Of a stretch of DNA of 64,000 nt, positions 29,558 through 39,340 are shown piece by piece. The notes beneath the pieces were generated by a model. The model saw only the letters and a program-made list of their open reading frames with translations. It ran no database searches and was not told where the DNA came from. The DNA comes from Abditibacterium sp. (GTDB taxonomy: Bacteria; Armatimonadota; Abditibacteriia; Abditibacteriales; Abditibacteriaceae): the NCBI GenBank assembly GCA_965199495.1, contig CBDASK010000003.1, positions 4,384,001 to 4,448,000 of the forward strand, written 5' to 3'. The number at the start of each line of letters is the position of its first letter. The stretch's first letter is position 1. A program made the translations under genes and the position numbers.

Positions 29558-31453
29558 ATGGTTATATTCCCCAAACAATTGCTCCGCACAAACCATTATC
29601 TCAACTTAATTTTGGTTGTGGTCGCGAGTCTGTTGGCACACAGCAGCCACGCCGCCGATGACGTGATGATCGGCGATTTTGAAGGCCCAAATTACGGCAA
29701 TTGGACAACGCAAGGCACGGCGTTTGGCGATGGCCCCGCGCGGGGCGCGCGGGCCGCGCACTTAGAAATTCGCGGGCAACGCGGCAATGGAGCGGCCAGC
29801 AGCGAATTAGACGGCGACGCGCCGATGGGAACTTTGACTTCGCCGCTCTTCCAAATTGAACGGCACTATATTTCTTTTGTGATTGGCGGCGGTGGCTACG
29901 AGCATGACACCTGCTTGAATTTGCTCGTCGGCGGGCGCATCGTCAAAAGTGCGACTGGTTTTTTCAGCGACAATCTCCAGCCGATGAGTTGGGATGTCAG
30001 TTCGCTAATGGGACAACGCGCGCAAATTCAAGTCGTGGATCGGGCCAGTGGCCAATGGGGACATATCAACGTGGATAACATCAAACAAACCGACGCACCA
30101 GAGCGCCTGCCCGTCGTGACACAGCCACTCTATGGAGAGACGTTTCGCCCGCAGTTTCATTTTACCGCGCGCCAGTGGACAGTTGACCGGCTCAATCCCG
30201 CGCGCCGCCAAGAAGGTTGGCTCAACGATTTGAACGGGTTGGTCTATTACGATGGCGAATATCATCTTTTCGCGCAGCGTTGGAACAAATGCTGGATTCA
30301 TGCGGTGAGCCGCGACTTAGTTCACTGGACGGAATTGCAACCTGCGTTTTGGGAAGAAGAGTTGGATAGCGGCGTGCAATCGGGCAGTTGCGTGATAGAT
30401 TACGGCAACACGTCGGGGCTTTCGCCCGACAAGAACAATCCGCCGATGGTGGCGTTTTGGTCGCGCAACGATAACCGCAGCCAGTGCCTTTCGTATAGCC
30501 TCGATTACGGGCAGACTTGGACGCATTACGCCAAAAATCCCGTTCTGCTCAAGCCGGAACGCGACCCGAAAGTCTTTCGCTACGAGCCATCGGGCGAATG
30601 GGTAATGATCATGTATGGCGAGGGCCAATATCATGTGCTGACTTCCAAGAATTTGCTGGATTGGACGGATGAAAAGAAGCCCATCGGCCACAGTTTTGAG
30701 TGCCCGGATTTTTTCGAGTTGCCCATTGACGGCAACAAAGCCAACAGCAAATGGGTCTTGGTGCGCGCGGACGGCAAATACACGCTCGGAACTTTCGATG
30801 GAACCCAGTTCAACGAGGAAACCCCGCAATACACCTCGGATGTCGGCCCCAACTTTTACGCGACACAGACGTGGGACAACACCGACAAAATTGACGGACG
30901 CCGCATTCAAGTCGCCTGGATGCGCGAAGGCATCTACCCCGAAATGCCCTTCAATCAGCAGGTGACTTTTCCGTGCCAACTGACATTGCGCACGACCGCC
31001 AACGGCCCGCGCTTGTTCCGCGAACCGATCCCGGAAATCGCGGAGCTTCACCAAGGCGAGGACAAATGGGCGAACCGCACGCTTCAGGCGGGCCAAACGT
31101 TGGACTTGAAACCCGTTGGCGATTTGTTCCACATCAAAATGCAAGTCAGCATTCCGGCGGGAACGACGCTCACGCTCAACGTTCGCGGTGTCCCCTTAGA
31201 AATGACGCATGACAGCCTCGCCAATGGCAGCGCACCAGCGACCGTTGCGGGCGAACTGCAAACCGTCGAAATACTGATTGATCGCACGTCTATCGAGGCG
31301 TTTGGAAACGCGGGCGAAGTTTCGACATCGCGCTGCTTTTTGCCGGGCGACAGCGGCTTGTCGTTGACAGCGAATGGCGGCCCGGCGACGGTTCGGTCTT
31401 TGTCCGTTTTCCGGTTGAAATCGATTTGGAATCCTCGTGTTGCCAAGCCTTAA
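29558..31453 (+). CDS. GH32 levanase/beta-fructofuranosidase-like with an extra N-terminal module
   Basis: WLNDLNGL (WMNDPNG-like), RDPKV and FECPDFF catalytic motifs; signal peptide. Confidence 0.9.
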   Translation: MVIFPKQLLRTNHYLNLILVVVASLLAHSSHAADDVMIGDFEGPNYGNWTTQGTAFGDGPARGARAAHLEIRGQRGNGAASSELDGDAPMGTLTSPLFQIERHYISFVIGGGGYEHDTCLNLLVGGRIVKSATGFFSDNLQPMSWDVSSLMGQRAQIQVVDRASGQWGHINVDNIKQTDAPERLPVVTQPLYGETFRPQFHFTARQWTVDRLNPARRQEGWLNDLNGLVYYDGEYHLFAQRWNKCWIHAVSRDLVHWTELQPAFWEEELDSGVQSGSCVIDYGNTSGLSPDKNNPPMVAFWSRNDNRSQCLSYSLDYGQTWTHYAKNPVLLKPERDPKVFRYEPSGEWVMIMYGEGQYHVLTSKNLLDWTDEKKPIGHSFECPDFFELPIDGNKANSKWVLVRADGKYTLGTFDGTQFNEETPQYTSDVGPNFYATQTWDNTDKIDGRRIQVAWMREGIYPEMPFNQQVTFPCQLTLRTTANGPRLFREPIPEIAELHQGEDKWANRTLQAGQTLDLKPVGDLFHIKMQVSIPAGTTLTLNVRGVPLEMTHDSLANGSAPATVAGELQTVEILIDRTSIEAFGNAGEVSTSRCFLPGDSGLSLTANGGPATVRSLSVFRLKSIWNPRVAKP

Positions 31454-31459
31454 AGAAAT

Positions 31460-32416
31460 ATGGGACGAATTATCGAAGGTAGCGCACCGGAATTACGCAT
31501 GGCGTGGGGCAGTCACAATGTTTGGAAGGCCGGGCAGGAACACGAAGGGCCAGTCCACGCCCACACGATTTGGTTGCTGCTTTATGGCCACGCGCAGGTC
31601 AGCGATGGCGCGCAGACATGGGACGTGTTGCCCGGCCATATTTTGCTGTGGCCTTTCGATAAGCATCGCCATATTCGTGCGTTGAGCGATTCGGCGTGGC
31701 TCTCGATTGGAATCGCGCCTAACGCGCCGGGGCAAACTGATATTCTGCGGCTTTTGCCGTTGCCCGCCACCCATTTGTTGGAAGATGACGAAAATCGTCT
31801 GCTTCGCTCATGGTTCAGTCAGATCGTTGAACTGCGAGAAGCGCAGTCGCTGGCTTTGTTGATGGACTCGCCCCATTATGGCAATCAAGACATCACGCAA
31901 ATCCTCGGCGTGCGCCATGACATCGTCTCGCAGCGCCCGCACGAAATATGGATGGAACACGTCGTCGCCGAGCGCGCTTCTTTTTATGACATCGTCGAGC
32001 AGGGACTGGCTCAAGCCATCGTGGCGTGGTGCTGGAAAATATGGGGCAAGGGCGATTTGCAGCACGCCCTACTCGATCAGTCGCCGCCGTGGCTGCAAAG
32101 CACGCTGGAGCATATCCGCGAAAATCCTACGATTTCGGTTCACGATTTAGCGAGCGTCGCGGGTTTTAGTCCGGCTCATTTTCGCCGTTTGTTCCACCTC
32201 AATATGGGCCAGTCGCCGCGCGACTATCTGCAACACCAACGCCTCGAACTCGCCAGAAAGCTGCTCGAAACTACCGCCCTGCCCGTTTCTGCTATCGCAA
32301 CCCAGACCGGATTCGCCAGCGTGTCGCACTTCACGCAAAAATGGAAAACCGCGCACGGCTCGCCGCCTCATCAATACAGAGTGTCGCGTCAGAAACATGA
32401 AAACCGTAATTTCTAA
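31460..32416 (+). CDS. AraC/XylS family regulator, copy 1
   Basis: C-terminal double HTH (LASVAGFSPAHFRRLF..IATQTGFASVSHFTQKWK) and a cupin-like N-terminus. Confidence 0.92.
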   Translation: MGRIIEGSAPELRMAWGSHNVWKAGQEHEGPVHAHTIWLLLYGHAQVSDGAQTWDVLPGHILLWPFDKHRHIRALSDSAWLSIGIAPNAPGQTDILRLLPLPATHLLEDDENRLLRSWFSQIVELREAQSLALLMDSPHYGNQDITQILGVRHDIVSQRPHEIWMEHVVAERASFYDIVEQGLAQAIVAWCWKIWGKGDLQHALLDQSPPWLQSTLEHIRENPTISVHDLASVAGFSPAHFRRLFHLNMGQSPRDYLQHQRLELARKLLETTALPVSAIATQTGFASVSHFTQKWKTAHGSPPHQYRVSRQKHENRNF

Positions 32417-32422
32417 AAAGAT

Positions 32423-32495
32423 GAGCGAAAACCACTGTTTTTTGAGCTTTCTTCGTTAAATAGCGCGTTTGAAACAGCAGGAATACGGGAATACT
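32423..32495 (+). promoter_or_regulatory. AraC-type tandem half-sites plus promoter; orphan copy of 45948-46020
   Basis: GAGC at 32423 and 32444 (21 bp apart), then GTTTGA-N14-GGGAATACT. Confidence 0.55.
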
Positions 32496-32621
32496 TAATA
32501 GCGTCATTTGAAAGCGAGGGGAGTTGTACAGTGGAAGATGAATTCCAAGTGTTGCGTAGTCCCAAGCGATTTAGTCATGAGATGAACCGACGGCAACAAG
32601 TCTCTAAAAAAATGGCGAAAT

Positions 32622-32677
32622 GTTTGAATTCCTCAACAACTGGGTAGACTATTTAAGAATGGAGTTAACGTTAGCTC
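32622..32677 (+). promoter_or_regulatory. Promoter GTTTGA-N14-GGGTAGACT plus LacI-type operator GAGTTAACGTTAGCTC
   Basis: Same geometry and operator core as 55742-55783. Confidence 0.6.
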
Positions 32678-32993
32678 AGACGAATATTCCTTTGCCGTGC
32701 GAGGCTGATTTACGGAAAATTCTGTGCTTGAGAAAGCAAAACTAAAGGGGTAAGCAAGGTGACTATACGCGTTATAATCAACGATTCTGCGGCTTAGGCC
32801 AACAATCCGGCAGGCAGCCACGAAGATGAGAATATATTTCTCGTCCTCTGTTGGAGAGATATGTCATTCGGAAGAGATCCGACAAGCGAGAGACTTTCGC
32901 TGCGCTTTCGGTGTATCTTTCCCTCTTTACTTCTTAGTTGTTCAGTCGGTAAGTCTTTTTCCGCACGATTGAAACCGAATCTATTGAAAAACC

Positions 32994-34316
32994 ATGAAAA
33001 ATTTTATGGCTCTTACGTGCGTCGGCCTTGCCGTTTTGTTCCACACGTCGTTGGCGCACAGCAAAACACTGAATGCGGTTAGCGACTACAAGGCCGACAG
33101 CACGGGGAAAACATATGCCACGGCGAACATTCAAAACGCCATTGATGCGTGCAATCCCGGCGATACGTTGCTGATACCTGACGGGACATACCTGATGAAT
33201 AGTGGTTTGGATTTAAAATCCGACATGACAGTCATCCTGTCAAAAAACGCTCTGGTTCAGGCGAATACTGTGAACGTTTGGTTGAAAAATGGAAGTCCGT
33301 TGTTTTCTGCAAACAACTTGAAGAATGTCACGATTACGGGCGGCGGAACAATTGACGGCGGCGGACTGGTTTACCCCAGAGGAAAATACTCCCTGCCCAG
33401 ACCCGGAAACGGCATTCGGTTTAACAATTGTTCCGACATGACGATTCGCAATGTGACGGTGCGAAACATTCCCGGCTTTTCCGTTGATTACGTTAATTCG
33501 ACCAATATCACGGCGGATTCCGTTACTATCCGAGGGCGGGGCTTCTTCAACCTGAAAGGATCGTCCGATGGTATGGATATAGAAGGCAGTTCGCACGTTA
33601 CGATCACGAACTGCAACATCGAAGTTGGCGATGATGCGCTTTGTATCAAGTCCAACGACATCGAGCATCCCTGCCATGACATTAGGGCGCGCCACTGCAC
33701 GTTGGCTTCCACTTGCAACGCTTTTAAAATAGGCACCAACACAAACGGCGAGGTTTATAACATTGTGGCTGACGGCGTAATCGTCAACAAACACTCGAAT
33801 CCGGGCACGGGTAATCCGGTGCCGACGGGCGATTGTATCGCCGCCATTGCTTTAGAAAGCAACGACCACAATCGCGTCCACGATGTGGTTTGCCGGAACT
33901 TTACCATCAACAGTTGCTATTGTCCGGTTTTCATTGAATTACAAAACCGGCAGTCGAGAGAGAAAGGCGATATCGGCCAGTTGGACACGATTTTAATCGA
34001 AAACGTCAACTGCCTGAAATCGGTGGCTCAACCGATCATCTTTAACTGGCAGACCGGCGAGCCGAACCAAATAAAGAACGTAACACTCAACAATGTCACC
34101 GTCCACAACTATGGAAAAGACATGGGTTCTAACCTCACTCCAATGGACGGTGGCTACCCAGACGCCAATCATAACGGAATCGCCAACGCCTACGGCATCT
34201 GGGCGCGCGGCGTGGAGGGATTGACGTTGAAAAATTGCAAGTTCACTGATGACGGCGGAAGCCAACGGGAAAAATTTGTCTTCCAAAACGTAAATGCGAG
34301 CGCGATTGGCAAATGA
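32994..34316 (+). CDS. GH28-like parallel beta-helix protein, secreted, AT-richer than its neighbours
   Basis: Motifs TANIQNAIDAC, SSDGMDIEG, GDDALCIKS and FKIGTNT. Confidence 0.85.
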   Translation: MKNFMALTCVGLAVLFHTSLAHSKTLNAVSDYKADSTGKTYATANIQNAIDACNPGDTLLIPDGTYLMNSGLDLKSDMTVILSKNALVQANTVNVWLKNGSPLFSANNLKNVTITGGGTIDGGGLVYPRGKYSLPRPGNGIRFNNCSDMTIRNVTVRNIPGFSVDYVNSTNITADSVTIRGRGFFNLKGSSDGMDIEGSSHVTITNCNIEVGDDALCIKSNDIEHPCHDIRARHCTLASTCNAFKIGTNTNGEVYNIVADGVIVNKHSNPGTGNPVPTGDCIAAIALESNDHNRVHDVVCRNFTINSCYCPVFIELQNRQSREKGDIGQLDTILIENVNCLKSVAQPIIFNWQTGEPNQIKNVTLNNVTVHNYGKDMGSNLTPMDGGYPDANHNGIANAYGIWARGVEGLTLKNCKFTDDGGSQREKFVFQNVNASAIGK

Positions 34317-34380
34317 ATGAGGCGCAATGTTACGAAGCCTCACCCCAGCCACGCCGCCAGAGTGCGGCCAAAATTGAATC

Positions 34381-35487
34381 ATGAAAAACATCAAACATAG
34401 CTTTCTTCTCGGTCTCCTACTAACGCTTCCTTCCCCCATGCTTTTTGCGCAACAGAACGCCGACGCCACCAAAACAGCCACGCCGTGCATGAATGTTCTG
34501 GGCCGCTTCACCGCACCCGATGTGCCCGCGATGGGGCCAGCCGAAGCCGAAGCGCCGATTGGCGGTTGGACGAATGGCATTACGCCGGATAATCTGCCCG
34601 GCAAAGGGTTAGGGCAACACTCGATGCTTTATGTGGGCGAGAACTACAACAAAATGTTTTTGGTTCACGACGGCAAAGTGATTTGGACGTATTCGACCGG
34701 CAAGGGCTACGAATACGACGATGTGTGGATGCTTTCCAACGGCAACATCTTGTTCACGCGGATGCAATACATTGCGGAGATTACGCCAGATAAAAAAGTC
34801 GTCTGGCGCTACGACTGCAATAACACGCCCGGCGCCACTCACACCGAAATTCATACCTGCCAGCCGCTGGGTTTGGACAGAGTAATGTTCGTCGAAAACG
34901 GCGTGCCGCCGCGCTTAAAAATCATCAACATCAAAACCGGCGCCGTCGAAGTTGACCACGAAATTCCGTTCGGCCCCGCCGGTCAACCCATCGATCCCAA
35001 TGGCATTCACGGACAGTTTCGCCGCGCGCGTGTCACGGCGCAGGGCACGTATCTGCTGTCTTATCTGACGCAAAATCAGGTCGTGGAATACGACAAAGAT
35101 TGGAAAGAGATTTGGAAATATCCTATCAAATCGCCCTGGGCGGCGCTACGCCTGAACAACGGCAACACGCTGATTACCGACGAAGGCGAACATTTGACGC
35201 GCGAAGTCAATCCCAAAGGCGAAACGGTGTGGGAATTCAATACCGACGAATTGCCCGCGCAATACAAACTCGCTTCGGCACCGCAGAGTTGCACGCGGCT
35301 GGCCAACGGCAACACAATTTTCACATCACGCGGCGGCAACGGCGAAGGCCCGCAATTCATCGAAATCACGCCAGATAAGAAAGTCGTCTGGGTGCTGCAA
35401 GATTGGAAAACGCTCGGTGGCTCCTCCGCCGTGCAGATTTTGGATGACCCCGGCATTCCCGAAATTCCCGGACAATCGGAACACTGA
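34381..35487 (+). CDS. Secreted beta-propeller protein (PQQ-like/arylsulfotransferase-like repeats)
   Basis: Signal peptide; repeated LxNGNxLxT...EITPDKKVVW blades. Confidence 0.8.
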   Translation: MKNIKHSFLLGLLLTLPSPMLFAQQNADATKTATPCMNVLGRFTAPDVPAMGPAEAEAPIGGWTNGITPDNLPGKGLGQHSMLYVGENYNKMFLVHDGKVIWTYSTGKGYEYDDVWMLSNGNILFTRMQYIAEITPDKKVVWRYDCNNTPGATHTEIHTCQPLGLDRVMFVENGVPPRLKIINIKTGAVEVDHEIPFGPAGQPIDPNGIHGQFRRARVTAQGTYLLSYLTQNQVVEYDKDWKEIWKYPIKSPWAALRLNNGNTLITDEGEHLTREVNPKGETVWEFNTDELPAQYKLASAPQSCTRLANGNTIFTSRGGNGEGPQFIEITPDKKVVWVLQDWKTLGGSSAVQILDDPGIPEIPGQSEH

Positions 35488-35512
35488 ACCAAGCAGGACA
35501 AAAAACCGGTCG

Positions 35513-35550
35513 GAAACTGCGCGACGCGTTTTCACGCGTCGCGCAGTTTC
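35513..35550. repeat. 17-bp perfect hairpin without a U-tract
   Basis: GAAACTGCGCGACGCGT-tttc-ACGCGTCGCGCAGTTTC. Confidence 0.7.
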
Positions 35551-35575
35551 GCGGCTCAAAGTGAATAGAACATCA

Positions 35576-37648
35576 ATGATATTTTCGACACGTTACGGTC
35601 GGCGCAACAGCCGTCCTTTCCCCACCTTGGCGCACTACGGCCTCGCCGTGGCTGTAGGTTTGGCGGCGCATCCGGCCATAGCCCAGACTGCCAATGTTTT
35701 AAAGTCGCATAACGATTTGGCGAACACCGGGCAGAACCTGCAAGAAACGACGCTCACTCCGGCGCTGCTGCGTTCGGGGCGTTTCGATTTGTTGTTTCGG
35801 ATTCCCGTCGATGCGAACGTTGGGCCGAACGTGGAACACAACCTGAGCGGTGTGCAGATTTACGCGCAGCCTTTGTATATGGCGGGCGTGTCGTTGCCCG
35901 ATGGCACACGGCATAATATTCTGTTTGTCGCCACCGAACACGATACGGTTTACGCTTTCGATGCCGATACCGGCGCGCAACTGTGGAAGCGCACCGATTT
36001 CTCCGATGGCGTCAAGCGCCGGGCGTTTCCGGGCAACGGCGACTTGCAGCCGGAAATCGGCATCACCGGCACGCCTGTCATTGACCCGGCGACGGGCACG
36101 CTTTACCTCGTTGCTCTGTCGCGCACTGGCGATGCGTCGAAACCCAGCGACTTTCATCAGAACCTCATCGCACTCGATTGCGCGACGGGCGCCAACAAAT
36201 TCGCTCCTAATTTCCCCCTTGAAATCACCGCGACTTCGATGGGCACCGAAGGGCGCCCCGAAACCGGGCCGATTCCGTTTCGCCCCGATTTGGCCAACCA
36301 AAGGTGCGGGCTGGTTCTCAACAACGGCAAGGTTTATATCGCGTGGGCGTCGTTTCAGGACAAAGGGCCATATCACGGCTGGGTCATGGCCTACGATGCG
36401 CGCAGTGGAGCGCAAAAAGCCGCGCTCAACATTTCGCCGAGCGTGGCGAAATATGGCGCGGGCATCTGGCAAAGCGGCGGCGCGCCCTCGATTGATGACG
36501 CCGGAAACCTTTTTATCTCGACCGGAAACGGCGTCTTCGATGCTCCGACGGGAAATTGGGGCGAATGCTTTCTCAAAATCAATGGCAACACGCTCCAGGT
36601 CACGGATTATTTTTGTCCGTATAACCACGAAAAATTGGACGAGGGCGACGCCGATTTGGGCACGAGCGGACTGCTGCTGTTGCCGGATGGCGTCGGTAGC
36701 GCGACGCACCGGCGCCTGATGTTTTCGGGCGGCAAAGTCGGGTCGCTTTATCTGGCGGATCGGGATGATCTCGGCCACTTTGACGCGACCAAAAACAACG
36801 TCGTTCAGGAGATCGAACTGACGGATAGCAACGGACGCAACAGCAAACGCGGCCACGGCCTTTATAGCGTTCCGGCCTACTTCAACGGCTCGGTTTATTA
36901 TCTGCGAACCGGCGAATATCTCAAACGCGTGCCGATTATAAACGGGCTTTTGCAAGAAGCGCAAACCGTCGTCAACGCCGCGCAGAACTTCGGATTTCCG
37001 GGCGCAACGCCCAGCATTTCGGCCAATGGCACCCGTAACGGCCTCGTGTGGGCGACGGAATCCTATGACGCATCGGGTTCCAACATGGGAGACCACGCCA
37101 ATCCGGGCCATTTGCGCCTGCACGCCTACGACGCCACGACCTTGGAAGAACTCTTCAACAGCGGCGACACCGCGCCGACCATTGACGGCACCGTTTACCG
37201 CAACTTCATGAAGTTCAACCCGCCGACGGTCACCAACGGCCACGTCTACGTGGCGACGGGCGGCGCCATCATGGTTTACGGCGTGAAATCGCCGCTGGCG
37301 GGCGCGGATGTCACGGCGCAAGTCAAAATCAAGCGCGGCAAAATCAAGCGCGACAAAGCGACGGGCCTGATGACTCAAGTCGTTACCTTGACCAACCGGA
37401 GTAAAGTGGCTCTTCCCGGCCCCGTTTCGTTGATGTTGGACGATTTAAATACGGGAGTGAGGCTTGGTCTGCAAAACGGAAGCGGTAACGGCTCCGGCGG
37501 TTCCGGCGTGTTCTACCACAATTTTCCCGCGTTAGCCCCCAAACAAAGTGTCCAAACCGTGCTGAAATTCGCGCCGTCGGCTTCAAGCACAGCGAAACCT
37601 AAAGTTGATTACACCCCGCGTATTCTCGCTGGCGGCGAAGCGCGTTAA
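35576..37648 (+). CDS. Secreted PQQ-like beta-propeller protein with a C-terminal beta-sandwich domain
   Basis: Motifs HNDLANTGQNLQET, IYAQPLY, VATEHDTVYAFDAD, GITGTPVID and GIWQSGGAP. Start moved to MIFSTR. Confidence 0.8.
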   Translation: MIFSTRYGRRNSRPFPTLAHYGLAVAVGLAAHPAIAQTANVLKSHNDLANTGQNLQETTLTPALLRSGRFDLLFRIPVDANVGPNVEHNLSGVQIYAQPLYMAGVSLPDGTRHNILFVATEHDTVYAFDADTGAQLWKRTDFSDGVKRRAFPGNGDLQPEIGITGTPVIDPATGTLYLVALSRTGDASKPSDFHQNLIALDCATGANKFAPNFPLEITATSMGTEGRPETGPIPFRPDLANQRCGLVLNNGKVYIAWASFQDKGPYHGWVMAYDARSGAQKAALNISPSVAKYGAGIWQSGGAPSIDDAGNLFISTGNGVFDAPTGNWGECFLKINGNTLQVTDYFCPYNHEKLDEGDADLGTSGLLLLPDGVGSATHRRLMFSGGKVGSLYLADRDDLGHFDATKNNVVQEIELTDSNGRNSKRGHGLYSVPAYFNGSVYYLRTGEYLKRVPIINGLLQEAQTVVNAAQNFGFPGATPSISANGTRNGLVWATESYDASGSNMGDHANPGHLRLHAYDATTLEELFNSGDTAPTIDGTVYRNFMKFNPPTVTNGHVYVATGGAIMVYGVKSPLAGADVTAQVKIKRGKIKRDKATGLMTQVVTLTNRSKVALPGPVSLMLDDLNTGVRLGLQNGSGNGSGGSGVFYHNFPALAPKQSVQTVLKFAPSASSTAKPKVDYTPRILAGGEAR

Positions 37649-37696
37649 AGTGCGATGTCAGCAAGGGCAGACAGGCCAAGAAATAAAAAGAGGAAT

Positions 37697-39247
37697 ATGA
37701 CCTTCAACCCCAATAATCTTCAATCGCTTCGTTTGCCGTTGAAGAAATCGGCAATGAACTCAACGGCGATTTGCGCTGTGCTTGTCGCCGGTTTCGGTTT
37801 TTCGTCTCCCTGTATGGCACAACCAATCAAAAGCCTCGTTCCCACAACCACGAATACGTCGCCCGATTATTTTTGCACATGGAATACTCAGGGTTATTCT
37901 ACGAGCTACGTCAAGGGAAAAGAGCAAGGCCAGATGAAGGACGCCATCCGGGAAAGCCAGATGTTTGGCCAAGGGCCTTATCAGAACTGGCTGGGCCAAT
38001 ATCCCAAAGTTCGAGGCGACCTCACTTTCTTGATGGACGAAGGTTGGGATTTGCCGGACGAGAAAATCATGATTCTGCCCGACAGGTTTCCGTCTTATGC
38101 CGCCGCGAGTCAGCCGGAAAGTTTTAAGAACCTCGCGGATGCCGTGAAGAACAAAGGCTGGCGCGGTCTGGGTTTGTGGATGCGGGCGGACAAACAGACC
38201 GATGAGTTTTGGTCGGAGCGTCTGCGCTGGATGAAAGCCAGTGGCGTGGATTACTGGAAAGTGGATTATGGCAATGACAGCCGCGACGAAGCGTGGCGCC
38301 ACCATTTGACCGATTTAGGTCGGGAAATAGACCCCGATTTGACCATCGAAACGGCGATGATTCCGCACGCGATCACCTGGGCAGACACCTACCGAACCTA
38401 TGACGTGGATGTGCCGCTCTCGATTCCGCAAACGCTCAGTCGCGTTGTTCCTCTGCTGGCGTTCAAAGCGCAGCCACCGACGACGGGCATCATTAACGTC
38501 GAGGACGAGATGAACATGGGTGCGGCTTTGGGCTGCGCCGTGGGCGTGATGCGCCACAGTTTTGCTGGCGATTTGCCCAACGGACGGCAGGATTTCGCGT
38601 TTCCGCCGGTGACGCGCGATGTCAAACGCTGCATGGATGAAGTCGTGCGCGCCGTTCGCTGGCATCGCATCGCGCCCGCGTTTGGCGTGGGCGCCAATAC
38701 CGTCGCTATTTCCACCGAGAATTTGACCGATAGTTTCCTCTTTCAAAAAGACGAATCGTGGCGCCACGCTGAAGGCAAAGTCGTATCGGAAACCGCTCCG
38801 GCGGCGATCACGCGCGGGTTGCCCTTGCCAACTGTGACGCTGGCGATTGGCGAAGTCAAACCCTTCGTCGTCGCTTCGCGCAACCCCAATGGCGCCGTGA
38901 GCGTGGCGACGTTGGGACGAACCCTTGGCTCAACCGCCGAGGCTCGCCAGTGGGTGACCGGCGCCGTGGCTGATGTCGCGCTGCCAGTCGGCGAGAATGC
39001 CGGGCCAATCGGCATCTTTGGCCGCTACCATTCTCTGACGCTCACTTTCGACAAACCCATCGCCGGACACCAGATACTGGCGCAGGATTTGGCCGGTGAA
39101 GAAGCCGAGGACATCACCAAGCTCGTTTGGATTGCGGGCAACCAAATCGTGATTCCCGGCAGCGTGATCGACCGCGTCGGTCTGAGTGCGGCCACGCCGG
39201 GCGATAACTCCGAGCCGGGTCTGGTGCTGGTTGTTCGCAACCATTGA
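37697..39247 (+). CDS. Secreted clan GH-D-like (GH27/36-related) TIM-barrel hydrolase, family unassigned
   Basis: YFCTWN, LMDEGWD, VDYWKVDY and YRTYDV parallel the clan-D motifs; AAGAGGA lies upstream of the ATG. Confidence 0.7.
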   Translation: MTFNPNNLQSLRLPLKKSAMNSTAICAVLVAGFGFSSPCMAQPIKSLVPTTTNTSPDYFCTWNTQGYSTSYVKGKEQGQMKDAIRESQMFGQGPYQNWLGQYPKVRGDLTFLMDEGWDLPDEKIMILPDRFPSYAAASQPESFKNLADAVKNKGWRGLGLWMRADKQTDEFWSERLRWMKASGVDYWKVDYGNDSRDEAWRHHLTDLGREIDPDLTIETAMIPHAITWADTYRTYDVDVPLSIPQTLSRVVPLLAFKAQPPTTGIINVEDEMNMGAALGCAVGVMRHSFAGDLPNGRQDFAFPPVTRDVKRCMDEVVRAVRWHRIAPAFGVGANTVAISTENLTDSFLFQKDESWRHAEGKVVSETAPAAITRGLPLPTVTLAIGEVKPFVVASRNPNGAVSVATLGRTLGSTAEARQWVTGAVADVALPVGENAGPIGIFGRYHSLTLTFDKPIAGHQILAQDLAGEEAEDITKLVWIAGNQIVIPGSVIDRVGLSAATPGDNSEPGLVLVVRNH

Positions 39248-39340
39248 AACGTTCCTGAGCCGCATCGCTCAGGAGAGCCAAGGCGCCATAACCGAAACAG
39301 TGACTGCGGATCAGCGTCTTAATGACTTCAGGTTAAAAAT

